Source: Candidatus Niyogibacteria bacterium CG10_big_fil_rev_8_21_14_0_10_46_36 (lineage in GTDB: Bacteria; Patescibacteriota; Minisyncoccia; 1-14-0-10-42-19). Taken from it: DNA of 64,000 nucleotides. The notes under the pieces were generated by a model. It saw nothing but the letters and a program-made list of their open reading frames with translations, did not search any database and had not been told where the DNA came from. A program made the translations under genes and the position numbers. Shown here piece by piece: positions 8,358 to 16,435 of this stretch (the stretch's first letter is position 1; the number at the start of each line of letters is the position of its first letter). Location: assembly GCA_002772995.1 (NCBI GenBank), contig PFCO01000005.1, positions 17,001 to 81,000 of the forward strand. Reading direction: 5' to 3'.

Positions 8358-9283
8358 TACATCTCATATGCGGGCAGAATGCGTTCACCGCGCAGGAGCG
8401 CGTCCGTGAACTACAAAAACAATACGCGGCATCCCGCCCCAACTCCTCTATCTCTTCTTTCACAGAAGAGAATTTTTCTGCCGACGCGTTTGAGCACGCA
8501 CTGAGAAGCACCGGTCTTTTCGGAGAACAGCGTATCGTAATCGCAAAAAACATTCTCTCTTCAGCTGAGGGAAGGCGGGTTTTTTGGGCACTTGCCCCCC
8601 TACTGCAAAAAAGTGATGCTGTACTTATTGTGCAAGAGTCCTCGCTCACCACTGATGTAAAAAAGAAGGCAGAAAAACTCCTCACAAAAACCGAGCTGGA
8701 AGAATATCCGGATTTCACAAAACAGAAGCTCGTGTCATGGACGCAAACGCAAGCGAAAGAACGGCGCCTCACCCTTACGAAGGAGGAGGCGGGCGCACTC
8801 ATACGCGCCTGCGGAGAGAATCCCTGGGCTATTATCCATGCGCTCGAGCTCCGCACGCTCGGCATGCAACACGCGTCCACTCTTAAAAAAAATGAAAAAA
8901 GTATATTTAAGCTCCTTGATGCCGTAACCGAGAAAAGGCCGCACGAAGCATTTATGCTCTACCACGAAATCCTTGCGGAAGGTGCTTCGATAGGAGACAT
9001 ATTCTGGAAATTATATTGGCAATATAAAAATATCCTTGTTGTATCAGCTTACAAGCATCTTTCTCCGTCAGCTATCGCAGAAAAAACAAAACTGCATCCC
9101 TTCGTTATAAAAAAAGCGGGCTGGGCGCTCGAGCGATTCACAAAACAGGAAATCGAATCAACATTTGAGTGGCTCATCACACTCTGGCAAGATGACAAAA
9201 TAAAAACCCGGGACCTCCCGGGCGAGCTCGAGCTTTTTATGCTGACACTCCGTCCGCATATCTTACGCTCTCGTTTTCTGTAA
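8354..9283 (+). CDS. holA: DNA polymerase III delta subunit
   Basis: MIHLICG.N.F, GLFGEQRIVI, IFKLLDA, LHPFVIKK; adjacent to rpsT as is common. Confidence 0.8.
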   Translation: MIHLICGQNAFTAQERVRELQKQYAASRPNSSISSFTEENFSADAFEHALRSTGLFGEQRIVIAKNILSSAEGRRVFWALAPLLQKSDAVLIVQESSLTTDVKKKAEKLLTKTELEEYPDFTKQKLVSWTQTQAKERRLTLTKEEAGALIRACGENPWAIIHALELRTLGMQHASTLKKNEKSIFKLLDAVTEKRPHEAFMLYHEILAEGASIGDIFWKLYWQYKNILVVSAYKHLSPSAIAEKTKLHPFVIKKAGWALERFTKQEIESTFEWLITLWQDDKIKTRDLPGELELFMLTLRPHILRSRFL

Positions 9284-9529
9284 ACGCTTCGTAATACGGG
9301 ATTTTTTGCGCGATGCAGTGTTTTTTGTAATGATACCCCGCTTTGCCGCTTTATCAAGCGCTTTATATGCTTCCGGCAGAAGCTTGACCGCATCGTCTAT
9401 CTTTCCCCCGTCAGCTAACACGCGCATTTTTTTGAACACATCCTGAACAACCCGTTTGCGTTTCAGGTTGCGCACATACCGCTTTTTTGACTGTTTTAGG
9501 TCTTTTTTTGCTGCTTTTAGTATTGGCAT
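9263..9529 (-). CDS. rpsT: 30S ribosomal protein S20
   Basis: MPILKAAKK...LDKAAKRGIITKNTASRKKSRI. Confidence 0.96.
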   Translation of the reverse strand: MPILKAAKKDLKQSKKRYVRNLKRKRVVQDVFKKMRVLADGGKIDDAVKLLPEAYKALDKAAKRGIITKNTASRKKSRITKRLQKTRA

Positions 9530-9558
9530 ATAGCCTCTAGCCTATATAATTTTACTAT

Positions 9559-10146
9559 ATGAGTCAACAGAGAAGCGTTCGCAGACGATTCGGACGGCAA
9601 TTTTTTACCAAGGACGCAGTAACCGTATCGCAAAGCATACTTGGAGCGTATTTGGTACGGCGCCTTCCGAGCGGTGTCCTGAAAAAAGGCAAAATTGTGG
9701 AAGTGGAGGCCTATATCGGTCCCGAAGACCTCGCGTCCCACGCAAAACGAAACAAAAAAACAGAACGCAATAAAGCTGAATTTTATGCAGGGGGACATGT
9801 CTATATTTATCTTGTTTATGGCATATATTGGCAGTTTAATATCAGTACAGGGCCAAAAGACCACCCGCAGTGCTTCCTGATACGCGCCATTGAACCGGAA
9901 AATAGCGATGACTATAAACACACAAACGGACCGGGAAAGTTATGCGGATATTTTCATCTTGATAAATCACTCTACGGAGAAGATGTAACAACATCAAAAC
10001 GCATTTGGATTGAAGCAGGAAAAAAAACACCGGCAAAAAATATCGTCGCGTCTGCCCGCATCGGCATTGATTATGCGGGCTCATATTGGGCGAAAAGAAA
10101 ATTACGATTTTATATAAAGGGAAATAAGGCGATTTCTAAATTATGA
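9559..10146 (+). CDS. DNA-3-methyladenine glycosylase (MPG/AAG family)
   Basis: IVEVEAYIG.ED.ASH, YIYLVYG, LIRAIEP, NGPGKLC, RIGI. Confidence 0.92.
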   Translation: MSQQRSVRRRFGRQFFTKDAVTVSQSILGAYLVRRLPSGVLKKGKIVEVEAYIGPEDLASHAKRNKKTERNKAEFYAGGHVYIYLVYGIYWQFNISTGPKDHPQCFLIRAIEPENSDDYKHTNGPGKLCGYFHLDKSLYGEDVTTSKRIWIEAGKKTPAKNIVASARIGIDYAGSYWAKRKLRFYIKGNKAISKL

Positions 10147-10159
10147 TATACTATTCCAT

Positions 10160-10720
10160 ATGTATACGCTTGTAGGCCTTGGTAATCCGGGCGAACAATA
10201 CGAGTGCACGCGCCACAACGCAGGGCGCATGGCGGTTATTGCTTTTGCAAAGAAAATGGAACTGGAAGATTGGAAGATAGATAAAAAACGCCAATCGCTT
10301 AAAACAGAGGGGGCTCTCAAAAAGGAAAAATTTACCTGTCTCCTGCCCGAAACATTCATGAATAAATCAGGCATTGCGGTAAAAGGAATGTCGGTCAAAA
10401 TGGCCCGCACCCTTGTCGTGCTCTATGACGACATAGATATTGAACTTGGGCGTTTTAAGATATCGTTCGACAGAGGTTCGGGCGGACACAAGGGGCTTGA
10501 ATCCATTATGCGGATGATAAAAACGAAAGACTTTGTGCGCGTCCGCATCGGCATTGCTCCGCGCAGAAAACCGGGGCAAAAGCAGATGCCTGCCTTTCTT
10601 CTGAAAAAATTCAACGCAAAAGAGCTCGGTAAACTCAAGACAGTGTTTAAAAAAACGAACGAAGCGCTCACAACCATTATTACAGAGGGTCACCAAAAAG
10701 CGATGAATACGCATAATTAA
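10160..10720 (+). CDS. pth: Peptidyl-tRNA hydrolase
   Basis: LVGLGNPG.QY..TRHNAG, PETFMN.SG, GGHKGL, RVRIGI. Confidence 0.93.
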   Translation: MYTLVGLGNPGEQYECTRHNAGRMAVIAFAKKMELEDWKIDKKRQSLKTEGALKKEKFTCLLPETFMNKSGIAVKGMSVKMARTLVVLYDDIDIELGRFKISFDRGSGGHKGLESIMRMIKTKDFVRVRIGIAPRRKPGQKQMPAFLLKKFNAKELGKLKTVFKKTNEALTTIITEGHQKAMNTHN

Positions 10721-10721
10721 T

Positions 10722-11567
10722 ATGCGCACTAAAGAATTCCAATATATAATCTGGGAGCATCACAAGAACAACAAGCGCAAAAATAATTTTCCCTGGAGAA
10801 AAACGCGGAACCCGTATCACATTCTCATCTCGGAGATAATGCTCCAGCAAACACAAATCCCGCGCGTAATCCCCAAATACAATGAATGGCTCAAAGCATT
10901 TCCTACTCTCAAAGCGCTCTCTCGAGCGCCTTTTTCAAAGGTGCTTAGCACTTGGCAAGGACTAGGATACAATCGCCGTGCACGGTTCTTGAAAGATACC
11001 GCAACGATTATCCACAAAAAATACAATGAACGCGTTCCTCGCTCTCCCGAAGAACTTGAAACGCTCCCTGGCATCGGTCACTACACAGCGCGTGCAGTCG
11101 CCTGTTTTTCATATGGTATATGCGAGCCGTTTTTAGATACAAACATACGACGTGTGTATATTCATTTTTTCGGGGGGAAAAAGAGAAATATCCCGGATGC
11201 GTGGGTTATGCGCTATGTACAAAAAACGCAACCAAGCCAACATAAACGCGAATGGTACGGCGCCCTTATGGATTACGGACGCGATGTGCTCGGCGGCACA
11301 AAAAATAATCCAAACACAAAGAGTGCGTCATACACAAAACAATCCCCGTTCCGTGGCTCTACGCGCTACATCCGTGCAAAAATAATAGACCATGCGCTTT
11401 TACGAAAGAATGGCACAACGCCTGCCTCCATACGAAACGCTCTCTTGAAAGACCCGTATATTAAAAAAGGGGATGTGCTCACACACGCCTCCGCTCTTAT
11501 CGCATCGCTCAAAAAAGAACGGCTACTCCGTGAAAAAAATAGCCGCTTATACATATACGCTCGTTAG
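10722..11567 (+). CDS. mutY: A/G-specific adenine glycosylase, MutY-like (no 4Fe-4S cysteines)
   Basis: PWR.TRNPY.ILISEIMLQQT, WQGLGYNRRA, LPGIG.YTA, DTNIRRV. Confidence 0.82.
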   Translation: MRTKEFQYIIWEHHKNNKRKNNFPWRKTRNPYHILISEIMLQQTQIPRVIPKYNEWLKAFPTLKALSRAPFSKVLSTWQGLGYNRRARFLKDTATIIHKKYNERVPRSPEELETLPGIGHYTARAVACFSYGICEPFLDTNIRRVYIHFFGGKKRNIPDAWVMRYVQKTQPSQHKREWYGALMDYGRDVLGGTKNNPNTKSASYTKQSPFRGSTRYIRAKIIDHALLRKNGTTPASIRNALLKDPYIKKGDVLTHASALIASLKKERLLREKNSRLYIYAR

Positions 11568-11632
11568 TATCAGACACGCACGGTTCTTGTAGAAAGCTTA
11601 TTCGCAAACGCAAATAATAATGGAAGCGCGCC

Positions 11633-11659
11633 TGCCGCAAAAAAGCTTGCGGCAAAAAA
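11633..11659 (-). terminator. Intrinsic terminator for the minus-strand gene pair
   Basis: TGCCGCAA-AAAAGC-TTGCGGCA hairpin between convergent genes; the adjacent A-run lies on the 5' side for a minus-strand transcript, so the U-tract is weak. Confidence 0.4.
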
Positions 11660-11694
11660 CACATCCAAAGAAAAGAGATACGCAACAAGCACGC

Positions 11695-12093
11695 TTATAA
11701 ATTATTGAGTTCGTTATCAATGTCCTGGAATTCCGAATCAATATCTCCCAAGTCGGTTGCATTGATGTCTGCTTCAATGCTTGTTGTGGTGTCATCTGTG
11801 ATATCTATAACATCCCCCGCTTCATTTTCTTCTACCATCAATTCGTCCTCCATCATATTATCACCTCCGGGATATGTCAGACCGCCCCTGAAATAAAACC
11901 AGGCACCTGCTGCAATCAGGACAAGAGCGAGAATAATGACAATACTAAGAAAGGGTGAAGACTTTTTCTCGCTGCCTCCGCCGGTTCCGCCTGCCATGGG
12001 AGGTGTTGGCATGTGTTGCTGTGGTTGCTGTGGTTGCTGTGCTGGCATCTGGTTACCCTGCGGCTGCATATTTGACTGTTGTGATGTATCCAT
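11695..12093 (-). CDS. Hypothetical single-pass membrane protein
   Basis: Gln/Pro-rich N-terminus, one TM, acidic C-terminus. Confidence 0.75.
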   Translation of the reverse strand: MDTSQQSNMQPQGNQMPAQQPQQPQQHMPTPPMAGGTGGGSEKKSSPFLSIVIILALVLIAAGAWFYFRGGLTYPGGDNMMEDELMVEENEAGDVIDITDDTTTSIEADINATDLGDIDSEFQDIDNELNNL

Positions 12094-12118
12094 ATGTTAT
12101 CAAATTAATGAATAAATA

Positions 12119-13057
12119 TTACTCTCCATCGTCATTATCATCCGAAGAAGAATCATCGTTGCCGACATTATCAACATTCGGAATAGATGTAAGCGCCTCC
12201 CAGGCCTTGCGCACTGCCTCGTGCGCCTCTCTGATGACTTCCTTAAGCGCCTCAAGATCATCCCGAAGCTCCTGCTTTGCGGCCTCTACCGCTTCGCGTA
12301 ATGTTTCCTCATCGGTAATGTCTACTTCGTATGTCTGAGATGCTTGTTCAAGCACTGCCTCACGGGCGATACGAATTGATTCTTGAGCTGCTGCTATTGC
12401 ATTATCTACCGCGCCAACATCGTGCCCTGCTTCTTCTGCCCTGTCCGCACGCGAACCTATCTTAACAAGAATATTTTCGAGCCGTTCGAGCACTTTGAGC
12501 ATGTGATTAGTAATCCGCTCATTAATGGCATTCAAATGCTCATTGATTCGTTCAAGCGACTGTTTCTTGCGCTCATCTTTTATCTCTTCAAGCCGCTCTT
12601 TCATCTCTTCACGCTTTTCCTCCATGCGCTGTTTTGCTTCCTCCCGCGCATGCTCAAGCCGATCTTTAAATTCTTCGCGAATCATCTCATTCTTTTCAAG
12701 AAACTCCGCCCGTTTTTGAGCAATCGTGTCGCGCGCGTTCATGTTTGCTTCGCGCATTGCGTCTCCCATTTCTTTGCGGTTTTCTTCTGTCTCCTTGCGT
12801 ATATCTTCCCGCGTTTGCTGAGCGTTTGTTCTTACTTCCTCCTTTCCTTCGTTAAAATCATCCCGAGCATCCTCCCGTTTTTGCTGGAGTTCCTGGAGCA
12901 CATCAGTGGGCAGCGGCTTTGGCTTTGTCCCATCAACCTGCGTAGGAGATGAGGTGTTGCCGTCAGTGGTTCCCGTCTGCGCAAACGCCCCCCATGAAAA
13001 AACAAGAGAGAGAGCGACTACGCCCATAAACGGACCGAGTATTTTTTTTAGTGTCAT
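12119..13057 (-). CDS. Secreted coiled-coil protein
   Basis: Signal peptide (AFA-Q), long E/R/K-rich helical body. Confidence 0.8.
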   Translation of the reverse strand: MTLKKILGPFMGVVALSLVFSWGAFAQTGTTDGNTSSPTQVDGTKPKPLPTDVLQELQQKREDARDDFNEGKEEVRTNAQQTREDIRKETEENRKEMGDAMREANMNARDTIAQKRAEFLEKNEMIREEFKDRLEHAREEAKQRMEEKREEMKERLEEIKDERKKQSLERINEHLNAINERITNHMLKVLERLENILVKIGSRADRAEEAGHDVGAVDNAIAAAQESIRIAREAVLEQASQTYEVDITDEETLREAVEAAKQELRDDLEALKEVIREAHEAVRKAWEALTSIPNVDNVGNDDSSSDDNDDGE

Positions 13058-13155
13058 AAAAATAAGAATTTTGATTATCTTATAATACTTATAGGATACC
13101 TGATTTTTCTCTCCTGGAAAAGTGGGGGTGTGAGTTTCTTGAACAGTACGCGGGA

Positions 13156-15141
13156 TTGAGTTACGCTATATCTACCTTGGACAGTCAAGGCAACACAAAA
13201 AAACAACGCGTTATTATTGCAGGACTTACCCCCGAATTTTTGGGAAAGCCCGTTTTGTGGTGGAAAAAATCAGAAGAAAAAATCATCCGCAAAAGAAGCG
13301 TTAATCCCTACTTCTCGAGAAACACTATTCTTATTGAAAAATATACCGCATGTAAGCAAAGCGAATTGCTACGCGAGCTTGCCGATAGAGGATACCACAA
13401 AACAGTAAACACGCTTGCGAAAGGAACATTTCTGCATAAGGGCGCGTCTATCGTTATCTACCCCATTAATCACGAAAAGCCAATCGCAATAGAGTTCGAC
13501 GGAAATAGAATAGAAGATATCCGAATATATGATGCTATTGATACTGATGAAGAGATCGTATCTCCTACCGCGCAGCATAAAGAATATGATTTTCGGCCTG
13601 GAGATTATGTCGTCCACATTGACCACGGAATCGGCACATACAAAAAAACAGAGGATGGATTTTTTGTTGTTGAATATGCGCCCGCACGCAAAGGCGGTGA
13701 GCCTGACCGCTTATTTGTTCCACAAGAAGAATCAAAACGGATTTCGCTTTATTTAGGACTCCGCACACCCGCCATCCACCGGCTTGGAACGCCGCTCTGG
13801 CGCACCACGAAGAAAAAAGCGAAGGAAGACATTATCGCGTTTGCGCGCTCGCTTGCCGCCCTCTATAAAAAACGCTCCGAAGTGACGCGCGCACCCTATG
13901 TACCCGACCCCGCAGAAAAAGAAATATGGGACGCGTTCCCATTTGAAGAGACCCGGGACCAGATAATTGCATTTGAAGAAATTTTTGAAGATCTTGCGCG
14001 CGCCCAGCCTATGGAGCGCCTATTAACAGGTGATGTGGGGTTCGGAAAAACAGAAGTCGCTCTTCGTGCGCTCTTGCGCGTACTTGTAAATGGAAAGCAG
14101 GCAGCAATCATTGCGCCCACCACCGTTCTTGCCGACCAGCATACCGAACTATTCAAAGAACGGCTTGCCCCTCTCCCTTTCCGCATAGAACGCTTCACAC
14201 GGCTTGAGCCGGCAAAAAAAATAAAAGAAATTCAAGAAGGAATGAAAAGCGGAACAATAGACCTCGTCATAGGAACGCACAAGCTCTTACAAAAAAATGT
14301 ATCATTTAAAAACTTGGGGATGCTTTTTATAGATGAGGAGCAGCGCTTTGGCGTACGCCATAAAGAATTTTTAAAAGAAACATACCCCGCAGTAGACACA
14401 CTAACGCTTTCGGCAACACCCATACCGCGCACGCTCGCCTTTTCGCTTGCGGGCATCCGTCCTTTGTCCCAATTAAAAGAGGCGCCGCGCGGTCGCATGG
14501 CACCTCTTAGCCATGTTTTACCGTATTCAAAAGAAATCATCAAGGCGGCGCTCATACAAGAACACAAACGCGGTGGGCAGGTCTATTATCTTGCGAACCG
14601 CATCCACCAGATACCAAAAATATTGGAGGTCCTTAAAACACTTGCCCCGCACATGCGACTGGGCGTTATCCATGGGCGCCTCAAAGAATCAGAAATCATA
14701 CGCGTCATGCGGGACTTTCGCGATAAAAAAACGGACGTGCTCGTATCAACCACCATTATTGAGAACGGTATTGATATAAGCACAGTAAACACGCTTATTG
14801 TAGAAGACGCGTCTCTTTTGGGACTTTCCCAAGCCCACCAGCTCCGCGGACGCATCGGCCGGAGCGATATTCAAAGCTATGCGTACTTTTTTTATCCCAT
14901 CAGAGCTTTGGCGCGCGCTCCGCGTGCTACCTCTACTGGGATAAAACAAGCAGAACGGCGTCTTGCTATATTAGAAGAGCTTTCCTACTTAGGCGCAGGA
15001 ATGGAAATAGCAAAGCGCGACTTAGAAATGCGCGGCTCGGGCAATATCTTGGGCAAGGAACAATCGGGTGTCGCAAATAAAATAGGATGGAATTTATATT
15101 TTGAAATGCTTGGACAAGCCCTTGAGGAAATAAAAAAATAA
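13156..15141 (+). CDS. mfd: Transcription-repair coupling factor, shortened
   Basis: GDYVVHIDHGIG (CarD/RID), GDVGFGKTEVA, IDEEQRFGV, SATPIPRT, QLRGRIGRS, DLEMRGSGNILG.EQSG; start uncertain. Confidence 0.88.
   Translation: MSYAISTLDSQGNTKKQRVIIAGLTPEFLGKPVLWWKKSEEKIIRKRSVNPYFSRNTILIEKYTACKQSELLRELADRGYHKTVNTLAKGTFLHKGASIVIYPINHEKPIAIEFDGNRIEDIRIYDAIDTDEEIVSPTAQHKEYDFRPGDYVVHIDHGIGTYKKTEDGFFVVEYAPARKGGEPDRLFVPQEESKRISLYLGLRTPAIHRLGTPLWRTTKKKAKEDIIAFARSLAALYKKRSEVTRAPYVPDPAEKEIWDAFPFEETRDQIIAFEEIFEDLARAQPMERLLTGDVGFGKTEVALRALLRVLVNGKQAAIIAPTTVLADQHTELFKERLAPLPFRIERFTRLEPAKKIKEIQEGMKSGTIDLVIGTHKLLQKNVSFKNLGMLFIDEEQRFGVRHKEFLKETYPAVDTLTLSATPIPRTLAFSLAGIRPLSQLKEAPRGRMAPLSHVLPYSKEIIKAALIQEHKRGGQVYYLANRIHQIPKILEVLKTLAPHMRLGVIHGRLKESEIIRVMRDFRDKKTDVLVSTTIIENGIDISTVNTLIVEDASLLGLSQAHQLRGRIGRSDIQSYAYFFYPIRALARAPRATSTGIKQAERRLAILEELSYLGAGMEIAKRDLEMRGSGNILGKEQSGVANKIGWNLYFEMLGQALEEIKK
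14890..14946. mobile_element. 57-bp palindromic element read in-frame inside mfd
   Basis: TTTTATCCCA..AGAG...TGGCGCGCG-CTC-CGCGTGCTA.CTCT..TGGGATAAAA. Confidence 0.65.
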
Positions 15142-15157
15142 CCCCGCATACACGGGA

Positions 15158-16336
15158 TTATTTTTCTTCTTCTTTTGTGTCTTGTTTCTTGTCTTCCGTT
15201 TTCGGTTGGTCGGTTGCTTCATCTCGTGGCTTCGCTCCCTCCCCCAGATACACAAGCGTCATTTTACGCTCATCGGGTTCAAATAATGTTATCTGGAAGG
15301 GATAGGTTTTTCCAAGCTCTATTTTTTCTTTCATCGCTTTTTCGTTTTCAAATTCAGAAATATGCACAAGCCCCGAAACGCCTTCTTCTACCGATATGAG
15401 CGCCCCGTACTTGTTAAAGCGTATCACAACGCCTTCTACAATATCTCCCTTCTTATATTTATCTTTTACCTCTTGCCACGGATCGGGCAACAGCGCTTTT
15501 ACAGAAAGTGAGAATTTGCCATCCTTAATACTGATTATTTTCGCTTTTGCCTTGTCTCCTACATGGAACAGCGTATTAGGGTCGTCAACCAATCCCCAAT
15601 CAAGCTCCGAAATGTGAGCAAGGCCCTCAAGGCCCTCTTCTATCTTTATGAATACGCCGAAGTCAACGATACCGGTCACCTCTCCCTCAACAACATCTCC
15701 TATAGTATATTTAGAGATCATTTCTTTTATTTCTTCGGACTCTACCCCCTTTTCAGAAAATATCAGCTTTCCTTCTTTCGGATTTGCGGAAATGACGGTT
15801 ACCGAAAGGGTTTGACCGATAAGTTTTTTTAATTCATCAAGAATCTTGTCTTTATCTCCCCCCTCAACACGCGGATAGTGCCCCACGCGAAGCTGGGAAG
15901 CCGGAAGGAATCCCTGCATGCCCTTCCACTCAAGCACAAGTCCGCCGCTGTTCGCGTCTACCACCTTGAGTGCTAATTGTTTTTTCTCACGCATCAATAC
16001 CTCCGCATCGCGCCAGACAATTTCCTGTCCGGCTGCCGCAAGAGATAATTCTACAAAGCCTTCATCATTTTCAAGCGCAATAACCTTCGTTGTCACCTTG
16101 TCGCCCGGACGGAGATTGCGCACCGTGTCGCGCATATCTACGAATTCACTATAATATACAACCCCTGAGCCAAAGGGACCCAGATCAATAAATAAACGCG
16201 CTCCCTCCTTGCCGATAACCGTGCCCTCAACAAGGTCGCCCACTCGAGGCGCCGGGATGGTCACCGTTTTAAAAAGATATTCCATTGGATGCTCCCGTTT
16301 GGGGCGTTTCTCGGTTGTCGGTGTATTTGATTGCAT
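15158..16336 (-). CDS. rpsA: 30S ribosomal protein S1 (four S1 domains)
   Basis: Repeated S1 domains (GFLPASQL; FGVFI...GLAHISEL; GLVHISE). Confidence 0.85.
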   Translation of the reverse strand: MQSNTPTTEKRPKREHPMEYLFKTVTIPAPRVGDLVEGTVIGKEGARLFIDLGPFGSGVVYYSEFVDMRDTVRNLRPGDKVTTKVIALENDEGFVELSLAAAGQEIVWRDAEVLMREKKQLALKVVDANSGGLVLEWKGMQGFLPASQLRVGHYPRVEGGDKDKILDELKKLIGQTLSVTVISANPKEGKLIFSEKGVESEEIKEMISKYTIGDVVEGEVTGIVDFGVFIKIEEGLEGLAHISELDWGLVDDPNTLFHVGDKAKAKIISIKDGKFSLSVKALLPDPWQEVKDKYKKGDIVEGVVIRFNKYGALISVEEGVSGLVHISEFENEKAMKEKIELGKTYPFQITLFEPDERKMTLVYLGEGAKPRDEATDQPKTEDKKQDTKEEEK

Positions 16337-16435
16337 GAAAAATATTGTAATGGATATGCCCCGCAATTGCAAGGCGCGCCACACAAAAAGCCGGCGTTAT
16401 GCCTGCCATTATCCTTCTATTATATATAAGCAATA

